Source of the DNA: Rhizaria sp. SCN 62-66 | Taxonomy: Eukaryota | Length of the DNA: 64,000 nucleotides | Reading direction: 5' to 3' | Assembly (NCBI GenBank): GCA_001724265.1 | Contig: MEDY01000002.1 | Coordinates: 1-64,000, forward strand | In this document: positions 39,601 to 51,400 of the stretch, one piece after another | Numbering within the stretch: position 1 is the first letter of the stretch | Layout of the letters: the number at the start of each line of letters is the position of its first letter | Made by a program: the position numbers and the translations under genes | The notes under the pieces: generated by a model | What the model saw: the letters and a program-made list of their open reading frames with translations, nothing else | Told to the model about the DNA's origin: nothing | The model's database searches: none

Positions 39601-42600
39601 TGCAGTCGCGTCAGCGTGAGTCGTGCATTGATTCCTAAGAAAAGTACGGATCGCTGCGCGTGCCTGTGAGCGAGAGACAACAACACGCGTACGCACAGTC
39701 TCACTCGCGCAATGCGGCTTAGCTTCGGCCAAAAATGAAGCCAAGCCACGGCGGTGACCAGCCTTGCGCATCATACCATTCTGGTAAGTATTCGCATGAC
39801 TGGGAGGAGCGAGCGAGAGGGTCAGAGTCGGCACAGTGAACGGCAAGCCAGCCTTGCACCCAGCAACGCAATTCGTGACTTTGTGAACGTTGCTATTCAT
39901 CGGGGACCGAGAGAGCAGCGGCGATGTCGATACTGTCCACTCTTGTTGCTGCTGCTCTGCTGGGAGCACAGAAGTCAAGCCGCCAGCGCCAGAAGTCAGG
40001 CCGCACTCAGAGACGCTGCGAGACTGTGCACGGGAGGCAACAAGGGCGGCAAATGCAGGGGCAGCAGCGGGGGCGAGTCCACTAAAGATTGCCAGAGTCC
40101 CAGCAAAGACGTCAGCGATACGAGAGCTGCATTGAATATCGTTAGTTGCCGTCGAAAGACTCAGTGGAACAACAATGGGGGCCGTGGCAGCAATTGCAGA
40201 GCAAACAAGCGTGAACGCAGCAGTAGTCACGTCGCCAACGGACTCGGGAAAAGCAGAGATTACAGTACGGCTGCTGGCAAGAGTGGTTTTCTTGTTTCCA
40301 GTGTTACTCTTCGTGGTGCTGACATATGATTGACGGAAAAGGCAGGCGAGCGCGTCGCGAGGCGCGCCGCTGTCGTCGACATCAGAGTCAGAAACACCAC
40401 CATCATCACCGTCGTTTTCGCCGTCGTTGTCGGCGTTGTCATCGCTGTCACTGCGGTCAGCTTCATCGTCGTCATCATCGTCGTCGTCATCGTCGATGCA
40501 GTCGTCTTCATCGCTGTCGTTGAGCGAGAGCTCACTAGTACTTCCAGACTCAACCCTATCTTGTTTACCGTTGTCGTACATAGCGGCGGCATCCCCCGCC
40601 TCGCTCATAGTAGCGTTGGCCGGGCTCCACTGCTCTTCAGCTCCAAGCCTTCCGGCAGCCGCCGCTGCAGCGACCATTCCACCCCATTGCAGCCTCTTGA
40701 ACTGACCGTGAGTAGACGACTGTTGGCTAAAGCTAGAACCTGAGCTCGAGTCCGCCATCGCACCGAAAGCAGCTGCAGCGATGCCAAACCACTGGCACGC
40801 CAAACTGTCCAGGGGGTACTTAGACGCGTGTAAGGGTGCGAACAGCTCAGGTGCCGCCGCGAGCGCGCGTGAGGCCGAGACAAAAGCAGTGGCGGCAGGG
40901 ACGGCGATGGAGTGTTGCAGGGTCTTGATCGAACGCGCGCTACTTAGAGCCGATGAGCTGACAACCGTGGGCACTAAGGGGCTCCCTGCGGACGAGGCTA
41001 ATGGGGCTGTCGAGAGAGAATCTAAGGGTGCGGCGACGGCCCGACCGCATGCGGCAACGTCGGCTGCGACTGTAAGTAGGACCGTGAGCATTGGGGCCAC
41101 GGCCATGCCCACAGTCACTTTGCCCTCATTGCCACTGGCGTGGCCGAGATCCGTGCGAAGCCCGCACTGAGATAAGTTGAGAGCGGTATCTTTGTTAACT
41201 GCACTGGAGCCGGTGTCAGTCTTGCTACTGTGGATAGCAGCGGACACCGACGAGACAGAGGCAGCGGCAGCCAGCTCAGCCGCAACTCCTGCAAACACAA
41301 GCGCGGCCGCAGCCACTGCGACCGACACAGAGCCGCCCTGTGTCGGCGGTGTGACCGACTGCGAGTGGCCGTAGGCAGTGGCGATGATGGAGGCGGCGGT
41401 TGACTGGGGCAGCAGCATCGGTGCAATCACAGGCGCCAGCAGAGGCATTGCCAGCGGTAGCAATGCGACCAACACACTCGAAGGCAGCGGCTTTACGCCA
41501 GCTGCAAGGCCACGGCTACTGCTGCTGCTGTTGTTGCAGGCGGTAACAAAGGCCTGCGCAAGCATTGACACAGTATTGCTGCTCGTGCTGTCAAAGGGGA
41601 GCGGGGAAGCGGGGTCAAGTACGCGCTGAATCATACCTAGGCCGCCGCCGGACGCGAAGTCGCCAGACAGTAAATAGGCTGTGGCATTGACAACGCGCGC
41701 GGCCGAAAGCCACGCGGCCGCAGCCACGGCAGCCGCGTCCGTCGCAGCGACAGCGGCCGCAGTGGGCACGGCGGCACCGACAGCGGTTGCAGTCGCAGCT
41801 ACTGCGGTGGACTGCGGGCGCGACGGTGGCTGTTGGGGGGAGAGCAGGGCCAGCAGCGAGTGCCCAGCGGCAGTCGAGGAGTCGTGACTCTGACTTGTTG
41901 ACTGGGCGTGCGTTGACTCCTTTGCCGTCGGCTGCAAGTACTTCGAGTGCGCGGGAGCGGCGCAGTGTAAGGGCAGCGCTGTCTGGAATGCAAGCCGCCA
42001 GCTGTCGACTGCGGGTGATAAAGCGTGCGCCTTCACCAAAAGAGTCTCGACCAGGAGCGACAACAACACACGCAACGTGCAGGTGCTGCTGCCGTTGACT
42101 AAGTTCGCGACGGTGTTGACGCCAGTGCAAAGCGAGAGTGAGCTAAACAGCGCAGTCCGCGGCGGCTGCGGCTGCTTACGGTCACTGCCGTTCGCGTCGA
42201 GAACAAGTCCGATCGCAGCCACGAGCGCGGCCTGACTTTTCGCCAGCAGCGCGACAGCGTGGCGGGGCTGGCGGCTTAAGATAAGCGCAGACGCGCTCCG
42301 TACAAGCACGGGAGCCAGCGCGCATGCAGACGCAGCAGCGCGGGCAACTTGGAGGTCCACAAGGCTTGCCACAAACGCGTCGTTGTGGCGAACACTGCTG
42401 CTGCTGCTTCTAGCGGTGGCGCGCACACTGGCACGTGCCGTGTTGTTGTAGTGATTGAGCAGCGAGTTCTGCGTCGCGAGAATCGGACCAACGAACTCCA
42501 TAGTGACTGTGGCGGGGCTGTTTCTCGAAGTTAGACCGTCACGAGCACTGCGGTACGAAGCGCATACAACGTCACTGGAGCGAAGTGCGTTCAAACTAAC

Positions 42601-44085
42601 AATCACATCATCACTTCGCACAGCATTACTCCCGTTGGGCTCAGTGTTGCGCGACTCTGTTGCCGTGCGTGATGTGAAAAAAGCTAAACTCGCAGATGTG
42701 TTGCGCAATGACTGAGAACGTTGCAGAGACAACGATTGTACCTGCGACAGTGTCTCAAAGGTACATGTGGTGTCGGCACTGAAGTTGTCACACTCGCCAT
42801 CATTAGAGTAGTCGTCGTCATCATCGGCAGCCGTGTTGCCGCTATCATGACAGGCCTGAGCCTTGCTATTAAGATGACTCGCTTCGCATTGAGTCGACTT
42901 GTTTGCAGCCGCAGCGGCGTCCTTCACGGTGTCGGCAAGAATGCGCCCGTGCGCCGCCTCGGCCGCCGCCAGCGCCGCCGCCGAAGTGACCGTGAGCAGC
43001 CGGAGCCGGCCCTCGCCGGCTACGGGCGGCGCGGCGGCGGGGTGCACCGTGGATGTAACCGTGAGCTCCAGCACGCAGTCGCTGAGGCTCACGCCGCTGT
43101 TGCGTCGGAGCGAAGCGCCGTCAGCAGCGTCACAGTCATCGTGTGCGTGAGCGTCGTCACCCGCGCCGCCGTTAGTCGTGCTCTGTGTGATAACATGAGA
43201 CATGTCGAGGAGTAGGCAGAGGCATTCGCTTGCGACAGTCACCGCGATGCCGGCCGTCGCAGCTGCGGGTGCCCTGGCCGCAGGGGGCTGCTGCTGCTGC
43301 GACCAAAGGGTGTGAGGCTGCGTCGGAGGCTGCGTCGGAGGCTGCGACTACGGCAGCGATTGGGTGTTGTAGTTGAAAACGGTGTTGCTGCTCGTTTTGT
43401 TGTTATTGCCACCAGTTGTGTTTGAGCGTGCAACGCACACAGTCACGGGGACTGAGACAGGGGCACTACTGGAGAGTCCCGCAACAGCATTGCAAGCACT
43501 TACACTTGCATTCCCATCGCTAGCGGTGCCGGCGCGGTTCTGCTGGTGCTGCGTTACGCTATCCGCGCGACTGCTGCTGCTGTCGGCCGCCAACAGCGAT
43601 CGCGACTGGGACGGCTTCAACAACGCTTGTGATTGCGCCTGCGAATGCGATGGTGACTGTGAGAGTGTGCGCGCGAAAGACTGAGAGCCAGAGGCCGAGG
43701 TCGGCGTTGTCGCTACAAAGGGGATCGACACCCACGTGCTCTGCTCGTTATACGCACTGCCTAGCGTCAACTCGCGCCTGGTAAGCGTTTCAGCGTCACT
43801 GCTGCTGGAAGTGGCAGCAGCGTTCGCGTCGATGTTGGGCGAGACCGCGACGGAGGGCAGAGAGAGCCTGCTCAGCACTGCGGCGACGGCGACAGCAACG
43901 GAGGCCCCCGCAGCAGCAGTGGCAACGGGCGCGTGCAGCGTGGCGGCAATCGTGAGCCCGTCCACGAGCGCGAGCGAGGGCAGTGGCAGCGGCACCGCGG
44001 CGCGGGAACGAGCCTGCTCACAGTCACCAGGGAGGGAAAACCGGTGTGTGTGCGTGACAGACCACGGCGCTTGCGGAACCGACAT
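25295..44085 (-). CDS. Giant uncharacterised low-complexity protein (~6,260 aa) with one in-frame TAG (43348-43350) and a -1 frameshift near 33602 in a CAA repeat
   Basis: ORF 43348-44085 (ATG start) and ORF 33403-43242 are in the same frame, separated only by TAG (SLP*SQPPTQPPTQPHTLWSQQQQ). ORF 25295-33526 joins through the polyQ tract if one missing base is restored. No intron-like AT-rich break. Ends in TAA. No domain recognised with confidence. Confidence 0.72.
33530..33633 (-). repeat. (CAG)5(CAA)5-CA-(CAA)24 polyQ microsatellite on the minus strand, with one base missing at ~33602
   Basis: Plus strand reads (TTG)24 TG (TTG)5 (CTG)5. The apparent poly-Asn in the ORF track is the shifted frame of polyQ. 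Confidence 0.88.
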
Positions 44086-45945
44086 GTTGCGCGCACGGGG
44101 AATAGCGCAAAAACGTGCGCTCTGTGTCGGTTAGCGTTGTGGATACTATGCTTGAAGCACTGGTGTGGGAAAACTGGAACGAACAGGGAAGGATTTGAAG
44201 GCACAAGGTTTGCAGAAAAAGTTGCGTATTGACGTGAATCCTCCGATAGTTTAAAAGAAAAGCTGAAACAAAGGATATATAGTGCGTATACATCTAATAG
44301 TGTAATTATACATCTTGGAGGTTCAGATATGACGAGAATGTCATTTTTTTCCCAGCTTTAGTGAGGTCTTAAGTCAAAGGTCCTAGAGACGAATCAAGGT
44401 CCACCTGAGGAAGGAAGTGAACTATCGGTTTCACGCTATTTGAGCACAATATACATGCTTTTTATACATATATGCATCAAATTAAGTATTATGTGAATAT
44501 TTATACTCTGCACAACGTGTACGCTGATGTGCTCTACTGCGAGCAAGCTGAGCTCTTGCTTGAGCACCTGTTGATCGCGCCAGCACAATAACAATGAGTA
44601 GCACGCATAAGCTGCAACACTTATGACTCGCCTCATACTTTGCCATCCTTTTGATGGAGCGCGTGCCAACGCAAGCATACCATGATGCACGTTGTTTATG
44701 TTGACGTATTCGCGTTTTATTGATGTCGTCCGTTTGCCCCGTACTGCAACTGAGTAACGTATTCAATTTTGAACGCCCCATGTCATATATGAACACGACA
44801 GTCTCTTCCCGCGTTGCAACGACTTTGCAGTAGTTTGTAAAGTGGTGCCGCATTCATATACTTTCTGTGCTTGACAATAATTTCGCTGATGCGCGATTGG
44901 AAAGTGAGGGGACTAAGCCAGCTTCTTGTCCATTGATCCGCGGCTTCTCCAGCACCTATGACTGAGCCGGGGCATGTTGCAGCAGAGTACGCTTGCTTGC
45001 GACCAGTGCAGCCGCAACTTTTGTCGGCGTACGCGTTGCGGGCACGTGTGGGACGGTGGGACGCCGTTGTGCTTGCTTGACGGCCGGCTCGATCTTTTGA
45101 ACTTAGATCATCGACTTCATCGACTTAAAAAAGTTCTTTGATTTCTATGGCATCAGTATTGCCAATGTACAATGACGAATTTGTTCTATTTAATAGTAAT
45201 TTTAGTTGATACGCGGTGTATTTCGTGTTTCAAAGCTGAGGTTGCATTATGTTGGTTCAGGCTTGGTGTTGTAAACTGCGTCAAATGATCAGTCATGCGC
45301 CAAGTTGCCTCTTGCACTGCCAGACGTTAACATATTAATCGTCTACGGCGAATACGAATACAATATGTACATGGCGTCTGCTGCTGATGCTGGCGTGATA
45401 TATCCAGTTGGCACGGTGTATGTTGTAGCCCCGAACGGCAACTACGACACACCAGTGTTGATTATCTTTCGGCTGTGCGCTGTGAGTCTGCTTTGTGGTG
45501 TCGTGCCCGTCGGTCGTGCGATGTCGTGCGTGAACGGAGCAATGCCAGCGGGGCCCTAGCCTTTTTTCAGTACATCACCATGCATTTCACTGGGTATACA
45601 GTCATATAGCTTTATATTAAAACATATAGATGATATATTAAAAAGAATGTCTCTGCGTAAGTGAAACGCAAACTTTCTACTGACTTGACAATTCTTATCG
45701 CGAGATATCCTGCTAAAATGATGTTCCCTTGGACGGTTCTTAAAAAGTCTCACGACCGTGGTACGCGTCGGTCGACTCGATCTTCTCACACCCGTTGCGT
45801 TCGCGGTCGGTTGGTCTCTGGTCAGTCTGTGGGTCGGTGGCTGGCCCGGTCTGGCTGGCGGTTCAAGAGGGGCCGTTACGAAATTGAATTTGTGTCTCTG
45901 AGAGGTGGTTTTGCCCCTTTATCATTGTATCCTTTTGCTTTTAGG

Positions 45946-46942
45946 ATGAGTATCGATGCTGATTCGCTCAAGGCTGCGGCTGCCGCGGCTGATTTGTCCA
46001 AGTTTGACGACGAGCAAGTCAAGTTCATGGAGGAGGAGTACATCATCGTTGTCGATAACGACGACAAGGTGATCGGCAAGGAGTCTAAGAAGACCAGTAC
46101 GTCACACATGATTCAATGCCACTATAGAAAGCTATCTTTTTCATACTATACTCCTGCCAAATTTCTAAAGAACGGGGTTTATCCCTCGTGTTTCCATTTC
46201 AAGACTAGCGTTATGACGCCATACGCCTCTCACGCCCGAGCTCACCGCGCACGCTTCTCCCTTTTGCTCTCCCCGGAACGCACTCTTTTCTCTCTTTTTT
46301 CTCTTTGCACATGTAGCCCACGTCACCAAGCTCATTGCTGACGGTCTCCTGCACCGCGCCTTTTCGCTCTTCCTCTTTAACTCCGAGGGCAAGCTCCTGC
46401 TGCAGCAGCGCGCCGGGTGCAAGATCACCTTCCCTTACATGTGGGCCAACACCTGCTGCTCGCACCCTCTCTACATTGAGTCAGAGCTCATCGAGGAGAA
46501 CGCCCTCGGCGTCCGCAATGCCGCCATCCGCAAGGTCGAGCACGAGCTCGGCATCACGGGCCTCACGGTCGACGACCTCACCTTCCTGACCAAGATCCAC
46601 TATGAGGCCGCGCACGACGAGAACTGGGCCGAGCACGAGATCGACTGGCTGCTCTTCGCCAAGAAGGACGTCGCGGTCCACAACAACGCCAACGAGGTCG
46701 AGAACTCGCGCTGGGTCACCGCTGACGAGCTCAAGCAGATGTTCGTCGACTGCGCCGAGGGCAAGATCTACCTCGCTCCCTGGTTCCAGCTCATCGCTGA
46801 GAAGTACCTCCTTAAGTGGTGGCCCCGCGTCGACGAGATCATTGCCAACAAGGGCCTCCCCGCCGACCTCAAGGAGGGCCTCGTGCCCGTTAACCGCCTC
46901 GGCACCCCCGGCAACGCCCGCACTGCCGCGTCCTTCTTCTAA
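45946..46942 (+). CDS. IDI1: Isopentenyl-diphosphate delta-isomerase type 1 (258 aa). Exons 45946-46096 and 46317-46942.
   Basis: EQVKFMEE..IVVDNDDKVIG..KK, LLHRAFSLFLFN..LLLQQRA..KITFP.MWANTCCSHP, EHEIDWLL, APWFQLI. Ends in TAA. Confidence 0.96.
46097..46316 (+). other. Spliceosomal intron (220 nt, phase 1) in IDI1
   Basis: A|GTACGT donor, long pyrimidine tract, TGTAG| acceptor. Gives KKTTHVTKLIADGLLHRAF. Confidence 0.93.
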
Positions 46943-47855
46943 GCAATACTTGGTAAGCAGGCGAGTAACACGTTAGCAAAGCTGACAGCAACATGACTGC
47001 TAAAGCGTGCAATGCGCTCAGAACGCAACACAGAAAGCGCTCAAGCATAACACTATAGCAACGCGATGCTAGATTGTTTTATCGCTTTTTTGTTTTGTTC
47101 CGTTTATGAGCTGTTATCGTGCCATCTCTGTACGTACAAAACGAGCACGTATCATGAGCTTCGCACAAGCAAGCAATTTGAGGCGTGCTCGATTTGTTTG
47201 TGATCTTCCATTCAACACCTCCTCAACCACCGCACAGCAACGCTCTCAGGTAGTGCATGTAGCCTGCTATTCCCCCCCCTGCAAAGCACTATTTACGAAG
47301 CGTTATTCGCGGTTTTGCGTTTTTACACTTTTTTTTTTTCTCTTGTCGCTTCTCTCCTTCTCTCTTCCTTCTCATCGAGGGACGGGGAGACGTCGACACT
47401 GTAAACTTCTTACTTTCATTCTCTCTCGCTCCCACTGCGTTCAGGGCGATATCGTGCTGCACCGCTGCGCTGCGTCGCTATTCTGCTGGTTTAAAGCAGA
47501 GCGCAGCTGCACGCATATGCGGGGATATTGCCGTCACTTCTACATTTGCCGCGGGTTTATTGTTATGCGGCCCATTTTCTGTAGCTATACATTGATATTT
47601 TCAGACAATCTTTTCCTCTTGCTATCATATTGCATGTTATCTGCGTTAAATTGCGATTTGTGGTGGGAGCTGTGGCTTACGTAGTCCCGCCCGAGACTTC
47701 GAACTTGGGTTTAAAAAACACATGTCGTCTGCTTTCACCTCTCCGCCAATACGAAATATATCCACAAATCTAACATTAAAAAATGAAATTTCCATTGCGT
47801 TTTATCTTTCTTATCTTAGAATTGTCACGAGTGACCGTACAACGAGCATTTTCGA

Positions 47856-48436
47856 ATGGCGAGTCTTTACCGACGCAAGCCTCCCGCGGGCGCCACGCCT
47901 CCCGCTACCGCGGCTGCCACACCAGCCACATCTGTCGACAAGGCCGCTTCATCGCCCCACACCGCGTCATTAGATATCTTAGTGACAAGTCCTGCTACTG
48001 ATAGCGCAGATGTCACGGCTGTGAGCGACTGTGGGCAGTCTGGCACTCCCACCTCAACTGTCGCAGATACTGCGCCTGCTGCTACTCCTGCTGACGGATC
48101 TGGCTCAGTCTCAAGCTCTCTCACTGTTTTTGGCGCAACAACTGCGGTGTATCCGACCGCTCTGGGCCCTAACCCAGCCCGCGTGTGTTCACCTGTGTCG
48201 AGTGCGATAGCGCCGACAGCGACTGCGACAGCGTCTGTGGCCGCCACTGGCGCGGATGCTAGCGGTGATACTGCTGAGGCCACTAAACCCACAACAACGA
48301 CGGCCGCGCGCGGTTTCCAGTCGTACGCACAGCCGCAGCCACAGCCGCTGCAGCCCTTGCGTGCTAAGCCCGACAGTCTCTACCACAGGTCGGTCTCGAG
48401 CAATACTTATGCGAGCCGTAGCATGACTACAACTAA

Positions 48437-48470
<34 letters not shown>

Positions 48471-51400
48471 TCTACTACGGATCCCTCGAGCGAGAACTGT
48501 GCGCATGCCATGCTGTTCCCGACTGCCCCCACGCCGTTTTACTATTACACTTTGCCTGCGCCACTCACACACACCAACATCAGCGGGAACACGAGTCACA
48601 GTCACGCAGGCGCGAAGCGCAACAGCAGCTGCAACGGCGCTGGCATAGTTGTCAGCGACGACTGGTCGCAGTCGGCGGCCCGTGTCGCTTCTCTCGCGTA
48701 TGCAAACGCGGTGTTTACGCAGCCGCGTCCGGCCGCGAGGGCTGCTGCCGAGGCCACCGCCGCCGCGACCAACGCTGCTGTTTGTGCGGTCAAGGCACAG
48801 CTGGCACAGTCCCAGCAGCCGCAGTCCCAGCAGTCGCAGTTTACAGCTGACAGCGTGACTGCTGCTGCGACAGCCGCTGCGAACTCAGCCGTTTTCACCC
48901 TCGCCGCCGTTTCATCAACAACAAGTCTCGGACAACAGCAACAAGGCCAGCAAGCGGCTGTTGCGCAAAGCGCAGCGCAGCCTCAGATGACCGTGAGCGA
49001 CCGGCTGGCTCTGGCGTCACTGACCGAGGCTTGGGCCGGCCTGCCCGATACGGCCACCACCATTCGCACTGCGCTGGACCTCAGTCTAAGTACTTCTCGT
49101 CTTAACACTAGTGCCGATGCGACCTCTCATGTAAGTGCCACGCAACAGTGGCGACCTGACTTCCGTACTGAGATGTTACGCGCAGTGGCCCATCCGCTGT
49201 CCCTCATTGCCAGCGCGGCCTCGCACAGCAATCCGAACAGCAACAACTCCAACCCGAGCAAAGCTAGTGCTGCTGGGTTTGGGAGCGTTGCAGCGACTGA
49301 TATCAGCGTGATTGGCGACAAACTGTTTGCTGAGTCGTCGCTGCCACACTTGGTCGCTCTGAACCCGGCCCAGTACATGGCAGCCACGGCCCCCTTGGTC
49401 CCGCTTCTCACGCTGGCCTCGGCCGGCGCCGGCAAGACCAAGACGCTCGTCGCCCGCGTGGCGCATCTGCTCTCAACTGGCGTGCCGCCGCAGTCGGTGC
49501 TTGCCATCACGTTCACAAGCAAGGCCGCGGCCGAGCTCCGGGGCCGAATCTCCGCCGTCGCGGTCACGAGCAGCACGAGCAGCAACAGCAGCAATAGTAG
49601 CGGCGCTGTCAACAGGAGCAGTCGTGGCTTTGGTGTCGGTGGTGCTGCGGCGAGTGCTGATGACGGTGAGGGTGAGAGCGAGATGGGGGTTGTGAGGAGG
49701 TACTTACCCGAGCCGGACACTTACATCTCCGAGCTAAGTACCCGTATCGGACTTAGTGACTCACAGAAGCAGTAGCTGCAGGCGCAGTCGCATTTGCAGC
49801 CGCTGCAGACCCAGATGCAAACGCAGCAATCAGTTTCCCTCTCCTTGTCCACACCAGTCAGGAGCGATCTCGAGAGCGCCCACAGCTTGAGCTTGACTTA
49901 TGCGAGCAATATGACTGATGTGAGTTCTTCTGGGGCGATGTGTGGCGACTGCGGTCTGTTGGTTCCGTCGCACGGGCTGTTGCAGCGACAGCAAAAACAA
50001 CAGCAACCGCAGCGAGCATTGCCACTCGCGCAACAGCAGAAACAACAACAGCATGGTACTTACACTCTAGCTGCTGCTGCTTCACAAGCGGTCAGTACTT
50101 ACATTCCGCCCAAGTTGCCCTCTGCTCGAAGTGCTCCGAATCGCGATATGACCGTGGGCACCATCCACCACGTTGCACTGCGCATCCTACGAACCTGCGG
50201 CAGCACACCCTTAGACCGTGTAAGTACCAGCTCGGACGGTGATGTAAGTGTCCGCAGCACCAACGCCGGAGGTCCTTGGAGTAGTTTCAGCAACACGAGC
50301 ACGTCTCATACGTCGTCTAAGGGGGTACTTACCTCTCCGCAGGCTAAAGGCCGCGTGTGGGGCGCCCAAGTGTCTTTGATTAAAGGCAGGGAGGAGGCTG
50401 AGCTTGCGCGCGAGTGCGTTTTGCTGTGGGAGCTGGGACAGCGCGCTGAGGCCGATGCGAAGGAACAGCAGGAGAAGAACGAAGATAGTAACAACAACAA
50501 ACCTGTCGCTCGTAGCGCTAGCGCCGCCAGTGCGAGCGCGAGCGACCGTGAGCAAGGCAGCGGTGTAAGTGCCGCGGCTAAGGGTGCCGCTCTCGGTAAT
50601 CTGTATCGCACGAGCACTGGCATGACCACCAACGCGAACACAAATCATCTGCCCAGTGCGCGCACGCACACAAGCTCGAGTGCGGGTGCGGGTGCGGGTG
50701 CGAGCGTGAGTGCAAGTGTAGGTCTCGGTCGTAATGTTAGCTTCAGTAGCTTTGCCAACATCGCGCGCTCTAATACTGCGATCTCAAACGCTGCCAATAG
50801 CGCCTCTGTTCGCGCCGGTGGCGTTGTCTGCGGCGATGTTGACATGAACAGCAGCGGTGTCAGTGCGGAGCAGTTCCTCTCGGCAGCCGACTTGGCTGCA
50901 ACCACAGAACACACCTACACGATCGGCGGCGCTCACAGTCACTCTGTTGCTTCTGGCAATGTTCACGCCCACGGTCACTCTGCTCACGGTCACTCCGCTC
51001 ACGGTCACTCTGTTCACGGTCATCCCGCGGCGGCTGCCTCAGAGGTCGTGTTTGACCGGGCTCTGTACTCCCTTGAAGGTGAGGCACTGTTGCGCAAACT
51101 TGAGGTGTGTTCTGAGGACGCGGTCAAGTGGGTCACCATTCGTCACAACAACGCTTTACCGGCATGGGTGTCATTGCCGGCCACAATGAGCAACTCATAC
51201 GCGAGCACGAGCGTCAATACTGCGAACAATGTGAATGTGAGTCAGAGTGGTTACACCTATAATCCCACCAGCTACGGTTACAGTAATGCTAATTACGACT
51301 CTTATCATCAGCGGACACAGCAACAACACCAGTGTCAGTCGCAACAGGGACAACCGAGTCAAACCACGTTGTCTAGGTTCACGGTGATCCCTTTGCGGAA

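Noticed and set aside
47683-47757. tRNA-like element on the minus strand (TGGCGGAGAGG..GTTCGAA with tRNA-like spacing), considered as a possible UAG-decoding tRNA
   Set aside because: Stems pair poorly, there is no U33 or CUA anticodon, and an internal T6 run would terminate Pol III. At best a degenerate relic. No credible tRNA was seen in the window.
19074-49775. Pyrrolysine insertion or A-to-I editing (UAG to Trp) as the explanation for the in-frame TAGs
   Set aside because: Most sites are in non-catalytic, polar or Gln-rich contexts where Trp or Pyl is implausible. Editing cannot be fully excluded without RNA data.
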